From Monocercomonoides exilis PA203 (lineage: Eukaryota; Protista; Preaxostyla), in contig LSRY02000044.1 in the NCBI GenBank assembly GCA_001643675.2, positions 744,001 through 808,000 on the forward strand: a stretch of DNA of 64,000 nucleotides. Direction: 5' to 3'. Position 1 is the first letter of the stretch. Each line of letters opens with the position of its first letter. The notes beneath the pieces were generated by a model. The model searched no databases. It saw only the letters and a list, made by a program, of their open reading frames with translations, and had not been told where the DNA came from. This document shows, one piece after another, positions 1 through 11,236 of the stretch. A program made the translations under genes and the position numbers.

Positions 1-734
1 AAGAAGATGACGGAACCACGACATCTTCTGAAGATTTTGAAAATAAAGTTGATGTTTCATCCAAGTTGAACAACAATTGAGGTGTAGTTTTCACTTCGGA
101 AAAGAACTTTGCAACTTTTCCAAAAAAGGGACCTATGGTTTGCTTCGAATTATGTGCAGCACGGCCTATTGGTAACTTTGTTGCTTTTTTCAGAGCAAGT
201 TTCGGATATTTTTCAATAAATCTCTTTGGCCAGTGTTTGTCTACAGATTTGACTTCTTCTTCTTCAGTTCTTTTATCTCTTCCAATTTCATTTGCCTTCA
301 AATAATAAAAAATTAAAAATACAATAATTCGAATGCTTACAAACCATTTCCGCTATATCTCTCATTGAATGGAAAATTCCTTTATCTGCATCGACTTCCA
401 ATCGGACAATTAACCTTTGTTCGTCTGTTTTTGAAAAAAGAAAAAGTCTCCCGGGTTTTCCAACAACGCGATTATTATTTTGAGCTTTTTCTGCTCTTTT
501 TAGAGAATGTCTGGAAATTAAACTTGCTTGTTCAATTTCCGCCTTTTTGAATCCGCAAATAAGATGCAAGTGAATACCTTTTTCGTGAGGAGTTTCCAGA
601 AGCCTTGCTTCGCTGGATGCTGCAATTCTGTGGATCTCTTGTTCAATCTTTGACATTTTATTCCAAACAAATAATGGGTTGATTTTTGATCATCTGAGCG
701 GGTTGACTCCCCTGAGCGGGTTAACTCCCCGACT
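1..734 (-). mobile_element. pogo/Tigger-like (CENP-B HTH + DDE_1) DNA transposon, left copy, runs off the window
   Basis: ATG 656; exon 1 MSKIEQ...IAEM; GT-AG intron 344-296; exon 2 reads ANEIGRDK...VDKHWPKRFIEKYP...LFNLDETS (first catalytic Asp), then an apparent frameshift. TIR tgagcgggttaactccccgact at 713-734, partial duplicate at 695-712. Confidence 0.85.
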
Positions 735-737
735 AAA

Positions 738-2374
738 AGTCGGGGAGTTAACCCGCTCATGAAAGGTTGAAAAAATGTGATAAAGATCATTTCGTTTATG
801 TCGTAGCAAAAAACAAAAGTCTTGAGATTGGATGCATCCAGCGAAGCGAGGTCGTTGACAGATCCACATGAAAAGGGATTATGCTTGCAATTAATTTGTG
901 GACTTTCGAAATCAGCTATTGAAGAAGGAGGAATAATTTCAAGACATTCATTGAAAAGAGCTGAAAAAGCTCAAAATGCAGGTCGATACATTGGTAAGCC
1001 TGGAAAACCAACAATATTCACAAAATCTGATGAGATACGAATAATTACCAGATTGGAATTTGATGCGTCGAAAGGAATTTATCATTCCACACCAGAAATT
1101 GCTAAAATTATTAGTATTTTTTCATAGTTGAGTTTTTTTATAGTTTTTTTTTTTCATTCATAGGCGAATGAAATAAGAGCTGAAAAGAGATCTGAAGAAA
1201 ATGAAGTTAAATGTGTTGATAAGCATTGGACAAAACGGTTTTTTGCTAGATATCCGGATCTCATTCAGAAGCCTCCAAAGCAACTGCCAGTTCACAGGGA
1301 GTTGCAAACATCCAAACAGACAGTGAAACCATTTTTAATCATGATTGAAAAATTCTTCAAAACGGTTTGTATCATCCCACAATTGATTTTTAATTTGGAT
1401 GAGACTTCAACGGTGTTTTCTGAGATTAATCCTTCTGTGGTCATTCCTATTCACACATCTTCATCGCCTATACAGCCTGAACCTTCATTGCCAAGATCAA
1501 CAAGCATCGTCTTTCTGACAAGCTCGGATGGAGTCAGATATCTCACACCTATCATCGTTCCATATTCAAAAATTCCAGAAGAATTCAAAGAAGCAACGAC
1601 AGAAATGGAGGTATACACACCTAGCGAAAATGGCCATCTTTCTTCAACAGCATTCTTCGACGTTTTTTCAAAGGCTATTCTTCCTAGTGTTTTGAAAATA
1701 CGTATAGCCATCGGAAAACCACATAATCACGCTGTGCTTATCATGGGCAGTGGCACAGGACATTTTTCACCTGAAATGTTAAGAATTTGCAAAGATAATT
1801 TAATAGATATGATCCAACGACCTTCTCACACCACACATATACTTCAACCTAACGATCAGTACGTGTTTGCAAATATGAAGAAATGCTTCCGAACTGGGTG
1901 GAAATGCGGAGCCGTAATTAACGCTGCTGATCGAAGAAAAAAATTTGCTTCGTTGCTGAAGGAAGCAATTGCCATGGCATCTTTCCCATCGACAATAAAA
2001 GCCAGCTGGAAAATAACAGGATGGCAGCCATTCAATCCTGAAGTTGTTTTGAAAATAATCCCCGATAAGCCACCTGAATGGTCTACAACTGCTTTCTCAC
2101 GTGTCAGAGATGCGGAAAATTCGAGAAGTGGAAATATTTTTTTTTGTTCAGATGATTTATCTGATTTATTGAAATAACTGTTTTCCATGAACATTTTCTC
2201 TGTCGATAGTATTTTTTCACCTTTTTTTATCCGAATTTGAATTTTTGTGCATTATTATTCATTGACATCACAAAAAGTTGGATTTTTGAGATTTTAAAAC
2301 ATGAAGAACAATATTTTTATTTCGATCTCAATCGATAAAAATTTAATTATTCTGAGCTGGTTAACTCCCCGACT
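738..2374 (+). mobile_element. pogo/Tigger-like DNA transposon, right copy (~1.64 kb) with 22-bp TIRs
   Basis: Left TIR agtcggggagttaacccgctca (738-759); right TIR tgagctggttaactccccgact (2353-2374, 1 mismatch); encloses a DDE_1 transposase pseudogene. Confidence 0.88.
798..2177 (+). pseudogene. DDE_1/CENP-B-like transposase pseudogene
   Basis: ATG 798 with TAG at codon 3. Intron 1110-1163 starts AT instead of GT, at the same position as the paralog's intron. Motifs FNLDET, IMGSGTGH (second Asp replaced by Gly versus usual LLLDGHSSH) and SHTTHILQPND. Confidence 0.85.
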
Positions 2375-2379
2375 AATTT

Positions 2380-2463
2380 GTCTCGAGCAGCGCAAGCGGT
2401 AGCTACCTCGACAGTTGATAATCCGTTCGTCAAAGGTCGGGAGTTTGACTCCTGCCGAAGCTC
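2380..2463 (+). pseudogene. degenerate tRNA-like sequence (possibly Asn-GTT with intron) or SINE head
   Basis: GC-rich island with A-box-like gcgcaagcggtag, B-box-like aggtcgggagtttgactcc and a T-run at 2464-2471; acceptor stem pairs poorly. Confidence 0.45.
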
Positions 2464-2986
2464 TTTTTTTCTGTGTTTTTTATAATTTTTTTCATAGAAA
2501 TTTTTTTGCCAAGTTCTCTGTGAATATACCGAATGTTTCCAACAGCATTGTCAAGAATTAACATCCATTTTAGTGAAGTTTCGTGAGTGTGAACAAAAAT
2601 ATGATCAAAAATAAAAACATTACATTTTTTTGTAAATTCATTGTTTGCAACATTTCTAAAAAAAATACTTATATTTAAATACATTTTCTTTTCACGAAAA
2701 TCTATTTTTGAAAACGAATTTGTTTTGAACCTATTCACCTTTTTTGAATAAAAAATGTTTCAAAACTGAAATAAAAAGCAAAAAAGTTAATTTTTTTGCT
2801 TTTTTTCAAACTTGATTTTCGTATCAATTTAAAAAAACGATTTGTGATTTTAACACATTTTTCCTTTCAAAATATCAGCAGTTTCAGTTCTTTTTTTCAA
2901 AAAAAATATCTTTTTCTTTATCAGTGAAAAAATATTTGTATCTTAACGTTGTGATTATATTATTAATCTTGAAACAACATGAGAAG

Positions 2987-3038
<52 letters not shown>

Positions 3039-3439
3039 AATAATATTTGTTGATTTTCTAAATTTCAAAATGTTTTTTTGTTTTATATAGTATTTGTTCC
3101 CATCTAAAATATTTCATCTGACTGACAATATGTCATTAACTGTGCTATTGTTTCCATTTTGGGAAATAATCATTTTCAAAAATACAAATTTGGTCAGAAT
3201 AAACAATATTCGTTTTTTAACGAAAATTGAACATAAATGATATTGAAAGAAGTGTCATAAACTATTTTATTTTTGATCGACAGGTTTTCTTTTTCAATTT
3301 TTTTTATTATCCTTCTGATGTTTTTGATTCAATGAAATCAGTGAGGGAAATGGGCAGATAGCGACCGGGAAAAAGAAAGTGTTTTTTGTTTATTTTTTCA
3401 AAGATAAGAAACACATACAAATGCAGAACATGATTATTC

Positions 3440-3482
<43 letters not shown>

Positions 3483-3487
3483 AAAAT

Positions 3488-3727
3488 GAGTCATTCTTTT
3501 TGAAAAGTCGCAAATGTTTAATTTTCAAATAAATCAAAAATTTCGTATCTTGATCAAATTTCGGTTCCAACTCATGCATCTTCACGAAAGTCGAAGATAT
3601 AATTTGACAATGCCATTTAACACATTCATGTCAAGTTGCATAAGCGGGAACCGAAATTAGATCAAGATACGTAATTTTTGATTTATTTGATAATTGAACA
3701 TTTGTGACTTTACAAAAAAAATGACAC
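3488..3727. mobile_element. 240-bp foldback MITE (family A), copy 1
   Basis: ~100-bp imperfect inverted arms (3488-3591 vs ~3622-3727); AAAT on both flanks; homologous to 42078-42317, which has the same length. Confidence 0.85.
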
Positions 3728-3801
3728 AAATGATGTGCAGAAAATATTGAATGAATTCAATTTTTCAAACAATATTATTATTGCCAAGATCTGCTATTTT
3801 T

Positions 3802-4848
3802 TCATGAAAATTCTGCATATTCCGTTGCAGATTCACCATTGCAAGCTCCATATATGTCTCTTTCAGTTGATAAAACAAGATCATCAACCAATGGATTAAA
3901 TGATTCGTCTTCACTTTCTGATTCATTTATATCACTATCGTCGCTTTCTTCTTCTGTTGGAACAGCAAATAGAATTTTTTCATTAAATCAATGAAAGAGT
4001 ATTTTCGTGAGGAATGGAACATGTAACTTGCAATGTTGTCATCGATAAACTTATTGTTTACTCCTGTTTTTGGAAAAAATTGACGAAATCAAGATCAAAA
4101 TCTCTTAATTCCGTTCGTGAAACGCCAGAAAGTGGATTTCTGGTATTGAATTTGTCACACACTGATTAATGCGAATTATTGATTCAGAGAAGCAATGGAA
4201 AGGATGCAATTCGTCACTGTAAATCATTGTCTTGGGTTTTATATTTACTAGGATGATGGGAATTAAGGGATTTTTTTTTCTATTTTTGACACTAACAATT
4301 AAGAATCTTCCTCCACATTTTTCGCTTTTTCTTTCAAAACCTCCGAAAAGCCATATCTTCGATTTTTTTATCTGCCCTTGTGGAATTTTCTCCTAATTTG
4401 AATAGCCTCGTCATTTTCTTCAATTTCACCATCACCTCCAACTGGCAAAAATTCCTGAAATGTTATTTTCGAAAAGATAGCACGACATTGAGAATATTGA
4501 AAACTGTCGATTTTTTCTTTTGATATCTTGTTGAAAACTTGTTTAAGATTTATTCAATATTAAACAAAAGCGCAAAATGATTCTGAGAAGTTTGTTCAAT
4601 GGTATTTTCGTGTTAAAGAATGAAGTATTTTCAAATAAGCTGATCGATTTATCGCATTTTGCACATCTGTATTGTTTTCTTGTTTCTGATCTTGAATAAA
4701 TGAACATTTTATTCAAACATCTCGGACATTTTTTATTGACAACTTTCAGCACATTCTTGATGAGCCAATCAAATGAACATGAAACGCAAGAAAATTTATC
4801 ATTCAAATCTGCAACATCCTTTCTCGAATCATTTATACATGTTGACAT
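3802..4848 (-). pseudogene. ISXO2/IS1595-family (Merlin-type) transposase pseudogene, copy 1
   Basis: Zn-ribbon CPRC...YRCAKC, then frameshifted fragments GGDGEIEENDEA, RKFHKG, IWLFGGFER, IPII..NIKPKTMIYSDE and an acidic C-tail. Confidence 0.8.
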
Positions 4849-6028
4849 TGAATAGAAATCAAGCAATTAATCATTCATTCAATTTTGTTATATATAATAT
4901 TCAAGTTTGTTGACAACAATTTGAGCACAAATTTTTAATTTGAAAATGGAAAAATTGAGTTTTTATGAATTTTTATCAAATTTTATCAGCAATTAAATAT
5001 CAAAAAAACATGTAGAACGAAATCATAATATCCTATTGCGTTCAAAAAAATAATTAAATTTCGCTTTATAACAAAAAAATACAAGTCACTATGTACCCTC
5101 TTACTATCAGTGATTTTTCTTTATTAGAAATGTGTGTTATTCTTTTTGAAAAGTTGCAACCATCATGTCGAATTGCTCCCAAAGCAAGATGTATCAAGTT
5201 AACAACAAAAATATATTTGAGTTGAACGCAAAAAACTGTTTGGAATGTTGGTTTGCAAAAACTGATGAAAAAAAGAGAACTCCAGTTGAATCTGAAAAAT
5301 TTGCAATTGCAGCTTATCAAAAAGAATGACCATCTTTTTATTAGTATCAAATTTCAATCAAGGTTAACAAATGAAAAGCATGAGGACTAACTTAAAAAGA
5401 AAGAAAGAAAGGACAATTGGGGGAAAATACGAACTTTCAAGCTTTTTTTGCTCAAAGCACAAAATAATTGCTTCACTCATAACTTTATTACGCTTGCTCA
5501 GATTTCAAAATGAATTTGTTTTTCATATCCATAAACAGGCTTCGTTTAAATTAAAACATTAAGTTTTCCAACATTTCACGAATGTCAAAAAATGGACCCA
5601 TCTTTATTGTGTTTTTTGATTAAAAAAATCAATTTAAAGTTCAATATTTTTCTTTGAAAATGCTTTTAGTGAAATAAGTTTCCCCAATTGTTTGAGAAAA
5701 CAAAATTTTAATTAATCAAACACAAAATCTTTTTGCATTTCTTCCTTTTGGTAAAAATTTTTTTCATGAAGTTTTTCAAATATTTTGTTCATAATAAAAA
5801 CACTCACATACTGAAAAAAAATTCAATTTCAACCAAAAAATGTTACCAATTGATTTTAATATTGAAGTTGTAATGAAAAATGAGTTTCATTGAAAAATGC
5901 AACTCTTCACAATTTCTTTATAAACTTATGTGATAACTGACATATGATCTTATAAATTCTTCTGCTATAAGATGTGACAGTTAATTTTTAATCTGAAAAA
6001 AAATTAAAAAAAATTCAAATTATCGCAT

Positions 6029-7757
6029 GGGTGATTATTTCTGAAAACCAAAATTTTCTAACAAAATTTTTGGTTTCAATTTATGTTATGAATATTGACA
6101 AATGAACAGTGAAAAGTGAAAAGGGCAAGTGCACACTTTTCCTTACATGAAATTTTTCATATATTTTATTTCAAAACAATAAAAAATAGTATAACAAGCA
6201 ATTATCAATTCAAATAAGCAGCGGAAAATCGTATATTAAAAATGAAAAATTATTTTGAAAAGATCAAAAATACCATAATTAAAATTTTTAATTTGTGCAC
6301 AAAATATGGAAATTTTGTTAATATGAGTATTTATAACAAAAATAATCGAATGTTTATTAATTATTTTTTCACCCATGTCTCTTGTTCCTGATAAGAAATA
6401 AGATGTTGCTGGTTATAACAAGCTATTTTAAGATTTAGAAAAGAGTTGGGAGTGGTTCATTCATATTATCAACTTTTATGAAACGAAAAAATGCTCATCT
6501 TGTTGAAGACAAATGAAGCAAACAACATTTTTTGAAACAAATCGAACATAGAGATGTTCAGCTTGCAACAAATTCATTTCATATTTGAAGGAGACATCTT
6601 TATGTCGAAGTCAGATCAAAATCAACTCAATTTTTCAAATTCTTTTGCATTTCTGGCTAAAAATTCGAATTGATCAATGCTCATTTTTCACTGGAGGAGG
6701 TCAAAATACAGTCGGTTATTGGTATTCTGTTGCAAGAGCATCAATTGGAATTCGAATGTTGAGTGTGAGGTTTGTTCTTGGGGAGAAGGACGCATTGTGG
6801 AAATAGATGAGGAAATTATGAGAAAAAGAAAGTTCCACAAAGGGAAAAAGAAGAAACAAATATGGCTTTTTGGTGTAGTGGAAAGAAAAGAAAATGATGA
6901 AATTGGAAAATGTTTAATTATCAGAGTTCCAAACAGAAAAAAGGAGACTCTAATTCCCATCATTGAAGCCAACATCCAGAAAGGAACAACGATTTACAGT
7001 GATGAGTTAGATGCATATAAGTGATTGAATGAATTAGGTTACAAACATCAGACAGTTTGTCACAAATACGAATTCAAAAATACAGAAACTGGAGTATGCA
7101 CAAATTTGATAGAAGGTTGTTGATCTCATTTCAGAAGATCATTGCCTCCATGTGGAATCAAAGAAAAGTTCATTGATGATTTTTTTGCTTCCTTTTTGCT
7201 TCAGCGAGAAAAAGAAATGCTCTTCCCAGAATTTGTGAGGAATGTTACAAATTATAAACCTGCAGAAGCTGCATTTCCCCATGACTATGATGATGGAGAA
7301 GGAGACGATGAAGCAGATGTTCCCCAAATTGAGCAGGAAGCAGTTGAAATTCATGAAGAAGATTACGACGACCCAGGAGATGGAGCAGATGCTAGTGAAT
7401 ATTGAATCTTAACATTTTTTATCCATTTTTTATAATAAATTTTTTATTTTTTCATACACTTTTAAAATTGAAATAACTAAAACCCGCTATTATAAACATG
7501 CTATTTATGCATTTCTTCAATTAATAAATAAAAATAAAATCGTTCGAATTATTTTTGGCTTGTAAGGTGAAGTGAGCATATGCCGTGAAAAGGCATATAA
7601 AAAATATTTTCATCTTTTATTCTGAAAAATCATTTTTTTAAAAAAAAAACAATTATTATGCTTTTTATCTTTTGAATTTTAATTTTTCTTTCAAAAACAA
7701 ACAATCTTTGAAAAAACAACACCCCGAAAAAAGTTATGATTCCAAAAATAATCACCC
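6029..7757 (+). mobile_element. TIR DNA transposon carrying an ISXO2/IS1595-like transposase
   Basis: Termini gggtgattatttctgaaa ... tccaaaaataatcaccc; flanks GCAT / ACAT; internal transposase pseudogene. Confidence 0.85.
6375..7405 (+). pseudogene. ISXO2/IS1595-family (Merlin-type) transposase pseudogene, copy 2
   Basis: CSSC...RCSAC Zn ribbon; GEGRIVEIDE, RKFHKG, IWLFGVVER, VPNRKKETLIPIIEANIQKGTTIYSDE, TVCHKYEF, GVCTNLIEGC*SHFRR; several stops and a frameshift. Confidence 0.92.
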
Positions 7758-8407
7758 ACATTAAATTTTTTTAAAAAAAATAAAACGTGAAAATTTATAA
7801 AAAAACTACACTAATTTTTAAAACGGAAAGATACATCTCGATTTTCAAAACATTATTATTTCTATCTGTATTTAGAGTCAAATATTGTGTTTTGATGAAT
7901 TAGTGAAGCAAGTCACTTCAATGAAGCTTATTAAAGTTTATTAAATTTATGTTAAAAGTAAAAAAAACAAATAAATAAAACGATCTTAGGGTTTAACGTG
8001 AAAAAAAATAATTTCTCACTTTTTTATCATGCATTTAACCTTAAATAGAAAAAAAAAATAACATGAAAGATGTGAAAACGATATTTTCCAAAAGTCTCAA
8101 GATATGTTTATTTAAAAACGTTTAAAGAATAATTATATATTTATTCAAGAATGATTCGATAAAAAATTTATTTTATAACAATTTTTTTCAATTTGCCAAC
8201 TTCACAAATATGTTCCAAATCTTTGAATAAGCTTGATAAGTGAACAATTATTTTAATTCTTTAATTATCATTTTTCATTTTGCATAAATATTTTTTTTTC
8301 CCAAAGAAGAAATTTCAGTTATAGCTTTTAAACAAGTATTTATCTTTCAAATAAAATATATAAAGGGAAACAGTTTTTGTTTTTCATTTGATTTCTTTGG
8401 CTGAGAA

Positions 8408-8951
8408 ATGACTGAAAGCTTCAAAAATGATGCACCTCAAACAGAAGAGTTTGATAGAAGCATGTATTTGGAAAGAACAATTTTGCATGTTGGAGAACGA
8501 CCTGTAAAATGTGAAAGAAGTTTTAATGCATGTTTGCGAAAGTTCATTTCATTTATAAAATGTAGCATCTTTATCTGATGCAAATTTTATTTATTTTTAG
8601 CAAAGCTTCAATTCCAGCCGCATAAAGAAAATCCACTTTATGAAACAACAGCAAATGAGATTGGAAAAATCCAGCCAGATGAGATTCATGTTGCCCTAAA
8701 GTATTTTTTTTTGTTAAAAACTGTTTTGAACTTTATCTTTGCAATTATAGATTTAAGCCAAAACCAGGTACTTTTGTTAAAAGTTTTCCAACAGGCGCTT
8801 CGGTATCGAATGTAATTTTTGTGGAAATTGATTTTAATCGATAACATTAAATATTCCATTAATTATTTAGCGCTCATCAGGTTTGAACACTTCAGCAACA
8901 CGTGAAAGATACGTGGATAATCACACAATGCCAGGGGAATATGGAGTTTAA
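8408..8951 (+). CDS. small 4-exon protein resembling Pierce1/2 (DUF4490) ciliary microtubule inner proteins
   Basis: Not in the ORF track. Manual GT-AG splicing gives ~120 aa: MTESF...ENPLYETTANEIGKIQPDEIHVALKFKPKPGTFVKSF...RSSGLNTSATRERY; family similarity recalled from memory. Confidence 0.6.
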
Positions 8952-9101
8952 TTCCTCCAAATTTTTCACTTCACTTTTATATTTTATTCATTCTTTTTTC
9001 CTTTTTCAAGTTGTTTATAAACATCCAAAAATTATGTTGATGAAAATTTTGAAATTATGCAATTTTATTTTTTATTGAGGGAAGTGATCATTAATTGTGA
9101 T

Positions 9102-10508
9102 ATGAGTTCTGATTTGATTTCTCAAAAAATACATTCGAACATAGGCGAGCTTGTTGGAAACACTCCTTTGGTTCGCTTAAACAGAGTGTGTGAAGGATGC
9201 CGTGCTCAAATTGTTGCAAAGCTCGAATCTTTTAATCCATGCCTTAGTGTCAAAGATCGTGTTGGCTTTGCAATGATCGAAGATGCTGAAAAAAAAGGAA
9301 TAATAAAGCCCGGCGAATCAATTATTTGCGAGCCAACTTCTGGGAATACAGGAATTGGCTTAGCTCTCGCAGCATCAATAAAAGGATACAAAGCAATAAT
9401 TGTGATGCCTTCTTCAATGAGTGTTGAACGAAGAGTTACAATGGCAGCAATGGGGTGTGAAGTTGTTATCACTCCTGGAGAGCTTGGTATGATTGGAGCA
9501 ATTAAAAAAGCGCAGGAAATTCAAACTTCTAATCCAAAAGTGTGGATTCCGCAACAGTTTGAAAATCCGGCAAATGCCCATATTCACGAATTGTATGATT
9601 TGGATTATTTAAAAGGAATAAGTAATCAATGTTTAAATTGTTTTTGATAGGACTACCGGACCAGAGATTTGGAATGACACCGCTGGTTCAGTTGATTATT
9701 TTGTTTCAGGAGTCGGAACAGGAGGAACAATTTCTGGCGTTTCTAGATATTTGAAATCGAAGAAATCGTCAGTAAAGGTTTGAATAAGTATTTTTACATC
9801 ATCTTCTTGAAAACTTTATTCACGATAAATTTCTTTCTTTTTTTTCAAAGGCTGTTGCTGTTGAACCTTTTGAAAGTGCTGTTCTTTCAGGCGAAACAGC
9901 ACATCCTCATAAGATTCAGGGAATAGGAGCTGGCTTTGTTCCAAAGATATATGATCAATCTGTTATCGATGAAGTCATGAAAGTTAAAGGGGATGATGCT
10001 ATCAAAATGGCACAGTTTGAAAATGATTTGCTTAATTGAAGTTAATACAATGATCAACCTTTTGTGTTTTAATTCATTGATATTTAATCATATAATTTAT
10101 TTTTCACAAAAAATTAACGATTAATGAAAATTTTTGAAAAAATTTTGAAATGTTTAGATTGCTATGCAGTAAAGAAGGAATTTTTTGTGGCATTTCCGCA
10201 GGTGCAGCTGTTTGCGCTGCTGTTGAACTGGCAAAGAGAGAAGACATGGAAGGGAAAATGGTTTGTAGTTATTGAAAATACGATTGACGCTTTAATTTTT
10301 GAAATATGCAATAATTTCTTGAAAATTTCTCTTTGAATGTTCTTAATTGTACTGTCTTCTTTTTTTTGGCTTTTGTGTGCTTGCTATTTAGATTGTAGTG
10401 CTGCTGCCTGACAACGGAAGCAGATATCTATCTTCGTCATTATTTGAGTCCATCAACAAGGAAATGTCGGAGCTGCCAATTTCTCCTCTCAAAGGTTTCA
10501 AGTTTTAA
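9102..10508 (+). CDS. cysK: cysteine synthase / O-acetylserine (thiol)-lyase, 5 exons
   Basis: [13 protein letters not shown] (PLP lysine), [62 protein letters not shown] across 4 GT-AG introns. Confidence 0.97.
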
Positions 10509-11236
10509 TTTTTCCATCGAATTTTTATTATTTTTTTTATGGAACATATTCAGAGTAATATCGGAATAGCTTTGCGTTACAAATGTTATCTGATTGTTAG
10601 AATAATCAGATATGAGTGAATATTCAATTTTTTTCTATTTTTCTTTCTTTTGCGTATTAATTAAATATTTAGTTATGAATAATCGGGAAAAATTGATAGT
10701 TTTTTTTTTTTCCAAAACTTCATACAATACATTATCTTTGAATAAATGAATCGAATACACGTTTTTTTTTAAAAATATTTGAACAGTTTTCACAACCAAT
10801 AAATGCAACCACAACCAGCAAGGGAGAAAAAATTATTATAAAAAGGAACTTAACAACATGGGAATATTCCTAAAGTTTTTATGCTTGCAATTATCAACCT
10901 CTAACTGATTGCATTTTTCCCCATCAACTTTTGTTCCGACAAAACAAAAGTTCATATACTTAAATTTTACACTCTTAGAAAATAACTTTCATTTGAAGAC
11001 TTTCGAAAGTTTGTCTCACAAATCAAGATTAATTGACATTCAAAAAATAAAATATAATTAAATTATAACTGTGACTAATTTTGCTCTGACTAATTATTTA
11101 TTTAAATTTTAAAAAAAAGAAAAATGTATATTTGAGATGAAGCTTCAACCTTTGAAAAATTAAATGCTTAGAAACACTCAGTTAAAAACATTACGCGTTC
11201 ATGTGAAGAAATGAGAATACCAAAAACGATGAATAT

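Noticed and set aside
695-759. CRISPR repeat or intrinsic terminator
   Set aside because: No spacer array, eukaryotic context, and the sequence recurs at 2353-2374 as a TIR.
2989-3481. Long poly-T runs (~2989-3033, 3441-3481) as retroposon tails; ORF 3307-3585
   Set aside because: No associated RT, TSD or processed gene seen; the poly-Lys ORF is a homopolymer artefact.
6375-7405. In-frame TGA/TAA/TAG (e.g. EGC*SH) as evidence of a reassigned genetic code
   Set aside because: Frameshifts co-occur, and intact genes use TGG for Trp and stop at TAA (cysK, argS) or TGA, so these are pseudogene lesions.
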